Source of the DNA: Leptonemataceae bacterium
GTDB taxonomy: Bacteria > Spirochaetota > Leptospiria > Leptospirales > Leptonemataceae
Assembly: GCA_965227295.1 (NCBI GenBank)
Contig: OZ245742.1
Coordinates: 5,632,001 to 5,696,000 of the forward strand
DNA: 64,000 nucleotides
Direction: 5' to 3'
In this document: positions 1 through 8,894 of the stretch, piece by piece
How positions within the stretch are numbered: the stretch's first letter is position 1
Layout of the letters: each line of letters starts with the position of its first letter
Notes under the pieces: model-generated
What the model saw: the letters and a program-made list of their open reading frames with translations, nothing else
The model's database searches: none
Told to the model about the DNA's origin: nothing
Position numbers and translations under genes: made by a program

Positions 1-3
1 AGC

Positions 4-624
4 GTGAAGGCGGAACAAAAGATCAGCGATCTCGCCGGCAACTTCACCGGCACGTTGCTGGACAATAATCAGTTCGGCACCGCCGTCGCCGCGCCCGGGG
101 ACATAGACGGCGACGGCGTCATGGATCTGATCAGCGGCGCGTTTCAGGATGCCGACGGCGGCACCGGCCGCGGCGCCGTGTGGGTCTTGTTCATGAACGC
201 GAACGGCACCGTGAAATCGCAGCAAAAGATCAGCAGTCTGGCCGGGAACTTCACCGGCGTGCTGGACAACGGCACGCGCTTCGGCATCGAGGTAGCGGGC
301 AACGGCGACCTGGACGGGGACGGCGTGCCGGACATCGTGGTCGGCGCGGACGGGGACGACGACGGCGGCACGTTTCGCGGCGCGACGTGGACGCTTTTCT
401 TGAACTCTAACGGCACGGTAAAATCGTATCAAAAGATCAGCTCCACGATCGGTGGATTCGCCGGCCCGCTGGTCGACGGCGATCAGTTCGGAAAGTCCGC
501 GGCGGTATTGCGAGACTTCAACGGCGACTTCGTACCGGACCTGGTGGTCGGCGCGGACCTTGACGCCGACGGCGGTCCCGGCCGCGGGGCGATCTGGATC
601 TTATTCCTGGAAGCCGCACTATGA
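4..624 (+). CDS. FG-GAP (integrin-alpha-like) repeat protein, C-terminal part; runs off the window start
   Basis: Three repeats of FG..V/A...GD(I/L/F)DGDG(V)PD(L/I)VVGA....G...GA(V/T/I)W.LF. Confidence 0.85.
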   Translation: MKAEQKISDLAGNFTGTLLDNNQFGTAVAAPGDIDGDGVMDLISGAFQDADGGTGRGAVWVLFMNANGTVKSQQKISSLAGNFTGVLDNGTRFGIEVAGNGDLDGDGVPDIVVGADGDDDGGTFRGATWTLFLNSNGTVKSYQKISSTIGGFAGPLVDGDQFGKSAAVLRDFNGDFVPDLVVGADLDADGGPGRGAIWILFLEAAL

Positions 625-1451
625 TTTCGATTTTTCGTAACGATCTATTCAAAGACCGCATTGCCCTTGTGACCGGGGGCGGTTCCGGCATCGGCCTGCG
701 CATTGCAAAAGAACTCGTGAGCCTCGGCGCGAAGGTCTGGATCACCGGCCGCGATGAAGCGAAACTCGAACGCGCCGCGGAAACGCTGATTGCCGGCGGC
801 GCGGCGGAAGCCCGGGTCCGCTTGTGCACCATGAACATCCGCGACCACGACAGCGTGGACAACGGCATCGACACGATCGTCCGGGAAGATCAAAAAATAG
901 ATCTATTGATTAACAACGCCGGCGGTCAGTTCCCCGCGCCGGCCGAGAAGATTTCGCCGAAGGGCTGGAAGGCCGTCATCGAAACGAATCTCACCGGTAC
1001 GTTTCACGTTGCGCAGTCCGTCTTCGCGGTATCGATGAAGGAAAACGGCGGCGCGATTGTGAACGTGATCATGGAGATGTGGCAGGGTTTTCCGTTGATG
1101 GCCCACAGCGGCGCCGCCCGGGCCGGCGTGGACAATCTTACAAAAAGCCTCGCCGCGGAATGGGGGCCGTTCGGTGTGCGCGTGAACGCCGTGGCCCCTG
1201 GAGTGATTGAATCGAGCGGCCTCGATACCTATGACCCCGAGTTTCGCCAGAAAGTCTTTGCCATGCGCATGTTCAACACCACTTCGCGGCTCGGCACGGA
1301 GGCCGAGGTGGCCGCGGGTACGATCTTTCTGCTCAGCGACGGCGCTTCGTTCATTACCGGCGAAACGTTGCGCATTGACGGAGGGGGTTCGTTGTATCGT
1401 CCGTTTCACCCGCCCGTGGAACACGACAAACTTCCGCCGTTTGACAGTTAA
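621..1451 (+). CDS. SDR family oxidoreductase (trans-2-enoyl-CoA / 2,4-dienoyl-CoA reductase-like)
   Basis: TGGGSGIG, NNAGGQF, HSGAARAG, GETLRIDGG motifs; 4-bp overlap with upstream gene. Confidence 0.9.
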   Translation: MISIFRNDLFKDRIALVTGGGSGIGLRIAKELVSLGAKVWITGRDEAKLERAAETLIAGGAAEARVRLCTMNIRDHDSVDNGIDTIVREDQKIDLLINNAGGQFPAPAEKISPKGWKAVIETNLTGTFHVAQSVFAVSMKENGGAIVNVIMEMWQGFPLMAHSGAARAGVDNLTKSLAAEWGPFGVRVNAVAPGVIESSGLDTYDPEFRQKVFAMRMFNTTSRLGTEAEVAAGTIFLLSDGASFITGETLRIDGGGSLYRPFHPPVEHDKLPPFDS

Positions 1452-1465
1452 GCGTGTTATGCTTG

Positions 1466-1584
1466 CTTCGCGTGAGGGATCGGAAGGGTCGCGAAGCGAG
1501 TCTTTGCGCAGCAAAGACCGAAGCCGAAGGCGAAGCCCTGGAGAGCCCGCCCCCGCGCGTAGCGCGGGGGCACGCCCAAAAAAA
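1466..1584. repeat. Multi-hairpin intergenic palindromic element (REP-like), copy 1
   Basis: Starts CTTCGCGTGAGGGAT, ends CCCCCGCGC-GTA-GCGCGGGGG..CGCCCAAAAAA; same termini at 62795-62911. Confidence 0.8.
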
Positions 1585-1633
1585 GACTTCGCAATCACCA
1601 CAGTTCTCCGCATTTGACTCCTGAGTCGTTTTC

Positions 1634-2443
1634 ATGCTTTCCGTTAACATCAACAAGGTCGCCACGCTTCGAAACACCCGCCCGCTCGATTTCCCGAACG
1701 TAGTGCGCAGTGCCGTGGCGTCGCTCGACGCCGGCGCTTACGGTGTCACGGTTCATCCGCGCCCCGATGAACGCCACATCCGCCCCGGCGACGTGCGGGA
1801 CCTGGCGCGATTGTTTCAAGACGCGAAATACAAACACGCCGAGTTCAACATCGAAGGCAATCCCCTGGACGATTCCGGGATGTTCCTGGCACTCGTACAC
1901 GAGGTGTCACCGCATCAATGCACGCTGGTTCCCGATTTGCCGGACCAGGCGACGTCGGACCACGGCTGGAATCTAACTTCTGACGGCGATAAGTTAAAGC
2001 CGATCATCGCGCGCCTGAACGAGCGCGGAATACGCGTGAGCCTCTTTATGGACGCGGACAATATCGACGGCCTGCGCCTCGTCCCGGAAACCGGCGCCGC
2101 GCGCATCGAACTCTACACCGAACCTTACGCGGCAGCCTTTGCCGAAGCCTTCGCCACGCAAGACGGCCTGACCGCCGCGGTAATCGACGCAGGCAAACGC
2201 GCGGAGTTCGAACGCGTGCTGCGAAGCTTCTCCAAAGCGGCGCGCCTCGCCGGCGAACTCGGCCTGGGCATCAACGCCGGCCACGATCTGAATCTGGAGA
2301 ACCTGGGGCCGTTCTTAGAGAACGTACCGAACGTGCTCGAAGTCAGCATCGGCCACGCGCTCATTGCCGAGGCGGTGTTCCGGGGATTGAAGGCGACCGT
2401 GCATGCTTATCTTGACGTGATCGCGAACGTGAAGAAAGAATGA
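1634..2443 (+). CDS. pdxJ: Pyridoxine 5'-phosphate synthase
   Basis: LSVNINKVATLRN, VHPRPDERHI, RIELYT, NAGHDL, SIGHAL. Confidence 0.95.
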   Translation: MLSVNINKVATLRNTRPLDFPNVVRSAVASLDAGAYGVTVHPRPDERHIRPGDVRDLARLFQDAKYKHAEFNIEGNPLDDSGMFLALVHEVSPHQCTLVPDLPDQATSDHGWNLTSDGDKLKPIIARLNERGIRVSLFMDADNIDGLRLVPETGAARIELYTEPYAAAFAEAFATQDGLTAAVIDAGKRAEFERVLRSFSKAARLAGELGLGINAGHDLNLENLGPFLENVPNVLEVSIGHALIAEAVFRGLKATVHAYLDVIANVKKE

Positions 2444-2444
2444 A

Positions 2445-2579
2445 ACTCCGAGGATCGAGGGACCGAGGTTTTTGGAAGAAGGCGAATCATTGAAAAGATT
2501 AAGAAGCCTTTCATAACCTGCACGCGCGCAAACTATACTCGCCTCCACCTTCTTCCCTCGGAACCTCGCTCCTCGGAGT
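2445..2579. repeat. Short element with ~24-bp terminal inverted repeats (ACTCCGAGG family), copy 1
   Basis: ACTCCGAGGATCGAGGGACCGAGG ... CCTCGGAACCTCGCTCCTCGGAGT; related ends at 42186 and 53842. Confidence 0.8.
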
Positions 2580-2601
2580 AGACACAACAGGACACCCTCG
2601 C

Positions 2602-3072
2602 ATGCCCAAACCCGTTACCCCTCTCGCCGCCGCCGACGCGATCATTGAGATCGGCGATAAAATCGTGCTCATTGAACGCGGAAACGAACCGCCGGGGTTC
2701 GCGATTCCGGGCGGCTTCATGGACCTCGGCGAAAGCGCCGAGCAGGCCGCGGCGCGCGAAGCGAAAGAGGAGACCGGGCTGGATGTGGAGCTCGTGGATT
2801 TACTCTATGTGTACTCGGATCCGCGCCGGGACCCGCGCAGCCCCGTGATCACCTGCACGTTCATTACACGCGCCGAGGGCGAACCCCGCGGCATGGACGA
2901 CGCAAAGCGCGCCATGCTCGTGGACGCCTTCGATCTTCCCGCGGACATCGCGAACAACCTCGCCTTCGATCACGCCTGGATCCTCGACGACTACCGGCAC
3001 TTCAAACGTACCGGCGAACGTCCCTCGCCGCGATTGATCCTGGACCGCCTGCAACGCCCGCTGAATTCTTAA
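2602..3072 (+). CDS. NUDIX hydrolase (ADP-ribose pyrophosphatase-like)
   Basis: Nudix box GGFMDLGESAEQAAAREAKEETGL; LAFDH. Confidence 0.92.
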   Translation: MPKPVTPLAAADAIIEIGDKIVLIERGNEPPGFAIPGGFMDLGESAEQAAAREAKEETGLDVELVDLLYVYSDPRRDPRSPVITCTFITRAEGEPRGMDDAKRAMLVDAFDLPADIANNLAFDHAWILDDYRHFKRTGERPSPRLILDRLQRPLNS

Positions 3073-3115
3073 AGATCGCGCGGCTTTTTTACATTTCGTT
3101 ATTCGATGTTTCGAC

Positions 3116-4183
3116 TCAACCGATGTTCCGAAAAAAGAAACCGAACGTCGCCGCCAGTCGGAACGCCTCGGGAATCATGCCGAGCTTCAGCCCGGAGTCG
3201 CCGTGGGAAATCAAATGCGTGAGGCACAACCGGTTCGCGACGCCGAGTTGATTCAGGCGTTCGTGCAACAGCTCCGACTCCGACGGGGGAATGACGTCGT
3301 CCTCACGGCCATGGACCAGGGCCACCGGAGCCATGCCGGCGACGAGTTTCTCCGCGCACTCCATCTCGGCGATCCATTCCTCCAGGGCCGGGTGCACCGA
3401 AATCTTGTTCTCCCAGAGCTCCACACGATAGTCGGCGTCGTTCCGCAAACGATCAAACAGCGCGCGGTCCTTCGGCTTGAGCGCATGGTAGGCGGCGGGC
3501 AATTCCTGTTCCTCCGGCGCCCGGCGCAGGCCGTTATCAAGAATTGCGACTTTTAGAGCATCTTTGACGGCTTTGTTTTTCCCCGCGCCGTACTCGGCGA
3601 AGTTCCACAGTGCAATCAACTTGCCGTACTCGTCCAGCTCCGTGGAACGAAAGAAGTGATCGAAGATGGTGCGCACGTTCGCGTAGGCGCCGATGGTAAC
3701 CACCGAAGAGATTTGTTCGCGGATGCCGTCCAGGGCGGCCGCACGGAGACAGACCGACCCCGAGAACGACGGCCCGAGCAACGCGATCCTCCCGTCCGGA
3801 CAGAGCTCGCGGTCCCGCAGGGCGGCGTGCACGACGTCCCCGCAATCCTGCCAGGTTCCGGGGTGAATCTCCTGATTCGAAATCGCCGGGAAGTGCGGGG
3901 CGAGACACGTAAAACCCACTTCCGCCAGGGCCCGGGCCAGGTTGATGATGCGCTGGTCCCGATTGCCGCGGATGGTCATGCCGTGGACGATGAGAATCGT
4001 ACCCAGGCGCGGCGACGGCGAACCGGCCCGGCGATAGAGATCGGCTTCGTACACGGTGTCGCGCGACCGGCCCTGGCCGTAGACCCGCGGTACGGTGAAG
4101 CGGATGGGACTGACGGTGGAATTCGGAAAACGCTCGAAGTTGAGCTTCAGCATGAAGGACAGCGCGGTTCCGAATCTTTGCAT
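3116..4183 (-). CDS. Alpha/beta hydrolase fold protein (start uncertain; ORF extends to 4225)
   Basis: VHG, GPSFSG nucleophile elbow, HGREDDVIP, C-terminal His. Confidence 0.75.
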   Translation of the reverse strand: MQRFGTALSFMLKLNFERFPNSTVSPIRFTVPRVYGQGRSRDTVYEADLYRRAGSPSPRLGTILIVHGMTIRGNRDQRIINLARALAEVGFTCLAPHFPAISNQEIHPGTWQDCGDVVHAALRDRELCPDGRIALLGPSFSGSVCLRAAALDGIREQISSVVTIGAYANVRTIFDHFFRSTELDEYGKLIALWNFAEYGAGKNKAVKDALKVAILDNGLRRAPEEQELPAAYHALKPKDRALFDRLRNDADYRVELWENKISVHPALEEWIAEMECAEKLVAGMAPVALVHGREDDVIPPSESELLHERLNQLGVANRLCLTHLISHGDSGLKLGMIPEAFRLAATFGFFFRNIG

Positions 4184-4301
4184 CGTGTGATGGTTTTCCG
4201 GTCCTGCGGACGAGGCGGCAACCAATTTACGCTCTTGACATCGTCGCCGCGCCGCACGCTCATCTTACTACGGCGTCTTCCCGTGCCGCCGCACGCAGCG
4301 C

Positions 4302-5339
4302 ATGAACAAACTCGAACGCATCGCCACGCTCTATCTTACGTTTCTCAGCAACCCCGGCGGCCTTTCGTTTGCAAAAATCCGTGAACACCTGCCCGGCGCC
4401 TACGGCAGCGGCAACGACGATGACCGCGAGGCCGCCCGGCGCAAGTTCGAACGGGACAAAGACGAACTCCGCGGCCTCGGCCTGGAACTGCGTTACTACG
4501 CCGTGAACGATACGTTGCCCGACGGCAGCCGTTCCAGGGAAGCCGTCTACGTGGCCGCGGAAGAGATGCAACAGCTTCCGGAGCTGAACCTCACCGAAGA
4601 CGAAGTACGCATGCTGGCCTCTCTGTTGCTCGGCGCAATTTCCGATCCCGACGCACAGCGGTCGCGCCGGCGCGAGCTGCTGCGTTCGGCCGCGTTCAAG
4701 TTATTGTATGGTTATCCGGCCCTGGCCCAGTCCGTTGCCGAAGCTCCGCCTGCAAACGACGCCGACATTTCCGAAGATGCCCAGGACAACACGGACCGCC
4801 TGGCACGAATCCACGAGGCCCTCTCCCGGCGACGGTTGCTTACGATCGAATACACCGATAAGACCGGCCGCACGGAGAGCCGGAACGTCGCGGGCCGCGG
4901 CCTCATCTCGCATCGCGGTCGCTGGTCTCTCGTTGCGTACTGCCGGCGCGCCCGGGACATTCGCATGTTCTACGTCGATCGCATCGCGTCGCTGAACATG
5001 AGCGATGAAGGCTACGCCCCCGATCCTTCGTTCGACATTCAACGATACTCGCTGCATCCCCTCGCGATCTACGTCGAACCCGCGCGCCCGGTCCGCCTGG
5101 AGATCGCGGAAGATCGCGAAGAGGCGTTCCTGGATTTCTTGAACGGCGTGCCGGAGTCGCTGCACGTCCGCCGGGAAGACGAGCGGATGTACTTCCAGAC
5201 CACGAATCCCACGGCGCTCTTCTCCTGGATGCTGCGCCATCCCGGCGTCGTTACGAAACTCGGTCCGCCGGAACTACGAGAACGCCTGGCCGCGCACCGG
5301 GAAACGATCCGGCGGCGCTACGCCGCTCTGCAAACATAA
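4302..5339 (+). CDS. HTH-WYL-WCX transcriptional regulator, PafB-like
   Basis: RRKFERDKDELRGLG winged HTH; WYL region GRWSLVAYCRRARDIRMFYVDRI; C-terminal GPPELRE. Confidence 0.85.
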   Translation: MNKLERIATLYLTFLSNPGGLSFAKIREHLPGAYGSGNDDDREAARRKFERDKDELRGLGLELRYYAVNDTLPDGSRSREAVYVAAEEMQQLPELNLTEDEVRMLASLLLGAISDPDAQRSRRRELLRSAAFKLLYGYPALAQSVAEAPPANDADISEDAQDNTDRLARIHEALSRRRLLTIEYTDKTGRTESRNVAGRGLISHRGRWSLVAYCRRARDIRMFYVDRIASLNMSDEGYAPDPSFDIQRYSLHPLAIYVEPARPVRLEIAEDREEAFLDFLNGVPESLHVRREDERMYFQTTNPTALFSWMLRHPGVVTKLGPPELRERLAAHRETIRRRYAALQT

Positions 5340-5353
5340 TCTCACTGTAATTT

Positions 5354-6352
5354 ATGCCTGAGAACAAAGACGTCAGCAAAGCCGGCCGGGACCTGCGCAA
5401 GATCTTTTCGCTGGTACCGCTCATCCATCGCAACCAGGGTATCTCCCTGGAACGCCTGCGTGAGCTGTCGGGCTACGCCGATCGCAAGAGTCTGCGCGCG
5501 GCCCTTGAACGTTTGATGATGTTCGGGGTCCCGCCGTTTTCGCCGTCGGACTTTATTACCGTCTACATCAACGAAGAAGACTGCGTGTTCCTGGATTTTC
5601 CCCTGGGACTGGAACGTCCCCTGGCGTTGACACCGGGAGAGTGGTCCGCCGTCCAGGAGGTGCTCACCGAAGAACTGCAATTCCGCCGTGCCGGCGATCC
5701 CGCCGACGACCGGCTGCGCGAGTTGCTCGCCCGGGTCGCCGTGATTCCGGTGGAGATGGACCCGGCGGATATCTTTCGCAGCAAGCGCGCGTTAGTCGAA
5801 GAGGCCATGGCCGACTCGCTGCAACTGGAGTTTCGCTATCGTACCTTAAGCTCGCGCGAACCGGAGATCCGTCGCCTGGATCCCTGGGCCCTGTTTCAGC
5901 ACAACGGGGCCAACTATCTCATCGGCTACTGCCATACCCGAACGGCGCCGCGTTTCTTTCACCTGGAACGCATGGATCAGATCGAACTCCTGGACGCCCC
6001 GCAATCGCAGCCGCCGCCGGATAATCTACGTGAACTCATGCAGCGTTCGCCCATCTTTCAGAGCGAGCCGGTCGGTTTCTCGGTGGAGCTGGCCTTCGCC
6101 CCGGGCATGCGCGCCGCCCTGGAGCGGGAGTTTAAAATTTTTAACATAATGCCGCTAAATGTTAGCGAAAGCGCGGATTCCGACGAGGAGTTCGCCGGCT
6201 GGCTGCGCGCGACGTGCAAGGTTCCGGAGAGCCTGTGGTTCCGCGCAAGCCTGCGCGGCCTGGGCGCGAACGTGGTGATCCTGTCACCGGAACATCTGCG
6301 GGATTCGTTTTTACAAGAGCTGGATGAGTTTGAGATGCCGGGGGAGTTGTGA
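5354..6352 (+). CDS. HTH-WYL-WCX transcriptional regulator, PafC-like
   Basis: LVPLIH...LMMFGVPPFSPSDFI, RPLALTPGE, RRLDPW...NYLIGYCH...RFFHLERM, ILSPEHLR. Confidence 0.85.
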   Translation: MPENKDVSKAGRDLRKIFSLVPLIHRNQGISLERLRELSGYADRKSLRAALERLMMFGVPPFSPSDFITVYINEEDCVFLDFPLGLERPLALTPGEWSAVQEVLTEELQFRRAGDPADDRLRELLARVAVIPVEMDPADIFRSKRALVEEAMADSLQLEFRYRTLSSREPEIRRLDPWALFQHNGANYLIGYCHTRTAPRFFHLERMDQIELLDAPQSQPPPDNLRELMQRSPIFQSEPVGFSVELAFAPGMRAALEREFKIFNIMPLNVSESADSDEEFAGWLRATCKVPESLWFRASLRGLGANVVILSPEHLRDSFLQELDEFEMPGEL

Positions 6353-6496
6353 GCCCGCTCACATAGTCCAGGCCGGCGCCGATCGGCGGCAGGAAAAGAG
6401 TTGCCCGGCCATAAGGTTCTCGTAGAATCCCCTTAACAGGCTGCCTGCCCTCCGCCGGGATTACCTTTATTTCTTTATGAAATAGAGCCACAGTAT

Positions 6497-7708
6497 ATGC
6501 TATACGTTTCCATCGTCATCGCCCTGGTATTCGGCGCAACGATCGTCTTTCATCTGGCGTATCTCCGGGCGGCCGTACGCAACGTACTCCGCCGTCAACG
6601 GGCCTACACCCCGGCGCCGCTCATACGTGAAAACCTGGACGGCCCGGTGCACGTCTTCCTGCCCATCCGCCGGCCGGATGCCCGGTCCCGGCGAACCATC
6701 GAAGCCCTGCTCCAACAAACGTTGCGCCCGGATCGCATCGTCGTCATTGTCGAGGCGGGCCCCGACGCCCGGGTCGCCTGGCTCCAGGAACTCTGTCGTT
6801 CTCACGAACGACTCAGTCTCATTGTCGCGACCCAGGCGGAACACTGCGGCCAGAAAAATCGGAACCTGCTTACGGGTATCGCCGCGTATCCGGACGCGCG
6901 GTACTACGCCTTCTGCGACGCGGACACACAGCCGGGCCCGTACTGGCTCGCCGACCACTTAGCGCGTTTACTGCGTGACCCCGCGCTGGACCTCGTAAGT
7001 ACGCATCAGTGGGTCCGCCGCCAACCGGGAACCGGAAACTTCTACTATACTTCGCTCCACGCTATGATGATCGCCCTGGGTTCGCATCCCACCCTGAAGC
7101 GCTCCGGGGTCTGGGGCGGTTCGTTCGTCATTCGTGCGGAACGCTGGCGGGACGAGCGGGTTCCGGAGCTGTGGTCGGCGGCGGTCTCCACGGATGTCGT
7201 GCTGCAGCACCTCATCAATCGCGGGCGGTTGCGCACGCACTACGCCCCGGAACTCGTCGTGGACGGAGAATCGCCAGGGCTTTCCTTTTTCGCGACGGCA
7301 GGCTGGTTCGTCCGGCAAATGACCTGCGTAAAACTCTACACGCCGGAAGTCTGGCTTCCATTAACTTTTGTTCACATGATTCTAACCGTGGCATACCTCG
7401 CTCTGCCCGCGGCCCCGCTGCTGCATCTTCTTGTTCCGGCGGCGGCCGGGCCGGTCTACGCCGCCGCGATTCCCGGCCTCGTGCACCTGGTGTGCATTCC
7501 GTTGATTCGCCGGGTACGCCGTAGCGGCAGCGAGTCGTACCTGGCCTGGTTGCCGCGCTGTTACCTGCCCATCATGATGGGCGGAATCATCTTTACGATT
7601 ACGGCGTTCACGTACTCGGTTCGCTGGGGCGGTCGCACGTATCGCATGAAACCCGGCGGCGACGTCATCGAAATCAAATTTACCGAAACCCGACAGGAGG
7701 CCGCCTGA
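6497..7708 (+). CDS. Membrane glycosyltransferase, GT2/GT21 (ceramide glucosyltransferase-like)
   Basis: N-terminal TM, GQKNRNL, FCDAD (DxD), WGGS, C-terminal TMs and VRWGGRTY. Confidence 0.8.
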   Translation: MLYVSIVIALVFGATIVFHLAYLRAAVRNVLRRQRAYTPAPLIRENLDGPVHVFLPIRRPDARSRRTIEALLQQTLRPDRIVVIVEAGPDARVAWLQELCRSHERLSLIVATQAEHCGQKNRNLLTGIAAYPDARYYAFCDADTQPGPYWLADHLARLLRDPALDLVSTHQWVRRQPGTGNFYYTSLHAMMIALGSHPTLKRSGVWGGSFVIRAERWRDERVPELWSAAVSTDVVLQHLINRGRLRTHYAPELVVDGESPGLSFFATAGWFVRQMTCVKLYTPEVWLPLTFVHMILTVAYLALPAAPLLHLLVPAAAGPVYAAAIPGLVHLVCIPLIRRVRRSGSESYLAWLPRCYLPIMMGGIIFTITAFTYSVRWGGRTYRMKPGGDVIEIKFTETRQEAA

Positions 7709-7711
7709 GCC

Positions 7712-8605
7712 ATGAGCAACGATCTTACCGTAAACCCCGTGCCGGACCGTAAAGGTTACGTCGTATTCTTTATTCTGATTTTCTTTCTCATGGCTTACGC
7801 CTCGTTCCTGACCTGGGACGTGGTCACCCGGGGACACGGCAGCCTGTACACGGTCGTCCTGAAGTACGGTTCGATTCTGCTCACGTTCCTGCTCACGCTC
7901 ATGATCGGCAAAGACGATCACGACGTTCGCGATCGCACGCTGCTGCAACTGGCGTTTCTGTTCTCGGCCACCGGCGATTTCTTTTTGATCATCATGACCT
8001 GGTTCTTTTCGGCCCAGAGCGGCACCTGGTTTCTGTGCGGCATGGCCGCGTTTTTCTGCACGCAGATCATGCTGATCATTCGCCACAGCCGCGACTTCGT
8101 ATGGAACCGCATCGAGATCATCTCGGCGATCATCATCTACGGTTTCGTCGCGAGCATCATGATCAGCCTGCTGCCGTACATCGAAACGTCGCTGATCCTG
8201 CCGATCCTGATCTACGCCGTGGCGCTGACCACGAGTCTCTGGATGGGCATCGGCACTTTGTGGCGCCCGTACTATCGCATGACCATCGCCGTGATGATCG
8301 CCATCGGCGTGAGTTGTTTTTTTATGTGCGACCTGAACGTCGTGCTCGGCGAGATTTTCACACCGGACGCGCAGCAGATCATCCGGGAGAAGTTCGGCCT
8401 GGACCTGGTCCTCCCGCATACGATCCCGGACGTGGACATCCAGGTCCGCAAACCCCTGGCGTTGCCCGAGGGACTGGTCGCGCTCTTCGGCATCATCATG
8501 TGGGTCTTTTACTTACCGGCACAGGTGCTGCTTTCGACGAGCGGATACAAGTTGAAGTTCCTGCGCAGCATCGTCCCGGCCCTGCCGCCCTCGCCGCCGC
8601 GGTGA
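7712..8605 (+). CDS. YhhN / lysoplasmalogenase-like multi-pass membrane protein
   Basis: FSATGDFFL, FLCGMAAFFCTQ, FFMCD, FYLPAQ; about 8 hydrophobic segments. Confidence 0.7.
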   Translation: MSNDLTVNPVPDRKGYVVFFILIFFLMAYASFLTWDVVTRGHGSLYTVVLKYGSILLTFLLTLMIGKDDHDVRDRTLLQLAFLFSATGDFFLIIMTWFFSAQSGTWFLCGMAAFFCTQIMLIIRHSRDFVWNRIEIISAIIIYGFVASIMISLLPYIETSLILPILIYAVALTTSLWMGIGTLWRPYYRMTIAVMIAIGVSCFFMCDLNVVLGEIFTPDAQQIIREKFGLDLVLPHTIPDVDIQVRKPLALPEGLVALFGIIMWVFYLPAQVLLSTSGYKLKFLRSIVPALPPSPPR

Positions 8606-8609
8606 AACT

Positions 8610-8890
8610 GTAGTTCAAGAGCTGCAGTTCGCGGCGTTGGCCGTGAAAAACGTAAGTTAAGTTGAGAGATGATTAAGGGAATAGTTTTGCTACGGCTCTT
8701 CGGAGTTGCGGATTTTCGTTTTGCAGGCGAACGATGACTTCGGCCCGGACGCGGATTAGCAACTCAGCTTCGGGAAGAGTAACTCCAATTCGTTCCGGGT
8801 CGAAGTAAAACAATCGCCACCCGACAACCTATCCACATCTCCCGCCAGTCGTACCCATAAAATTATTCCTACAAACTCCCGGCCACTCAC
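8610..8890 (-). repeat. Degenerate copy of the long repeat unit
   Basis: Collinear reverse-complement matches to unit blocks: GTAGTTCAAGAGCTGCAGTTCGCGGCG, GCTACGGC..GATTTTCGTTTTGC, CCCGGACGCGG..ACTCAGCT, CCAGTCGTACCCATAAAA. Confidence 0.8.
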
Positions 8891-8894
8891 CCTT

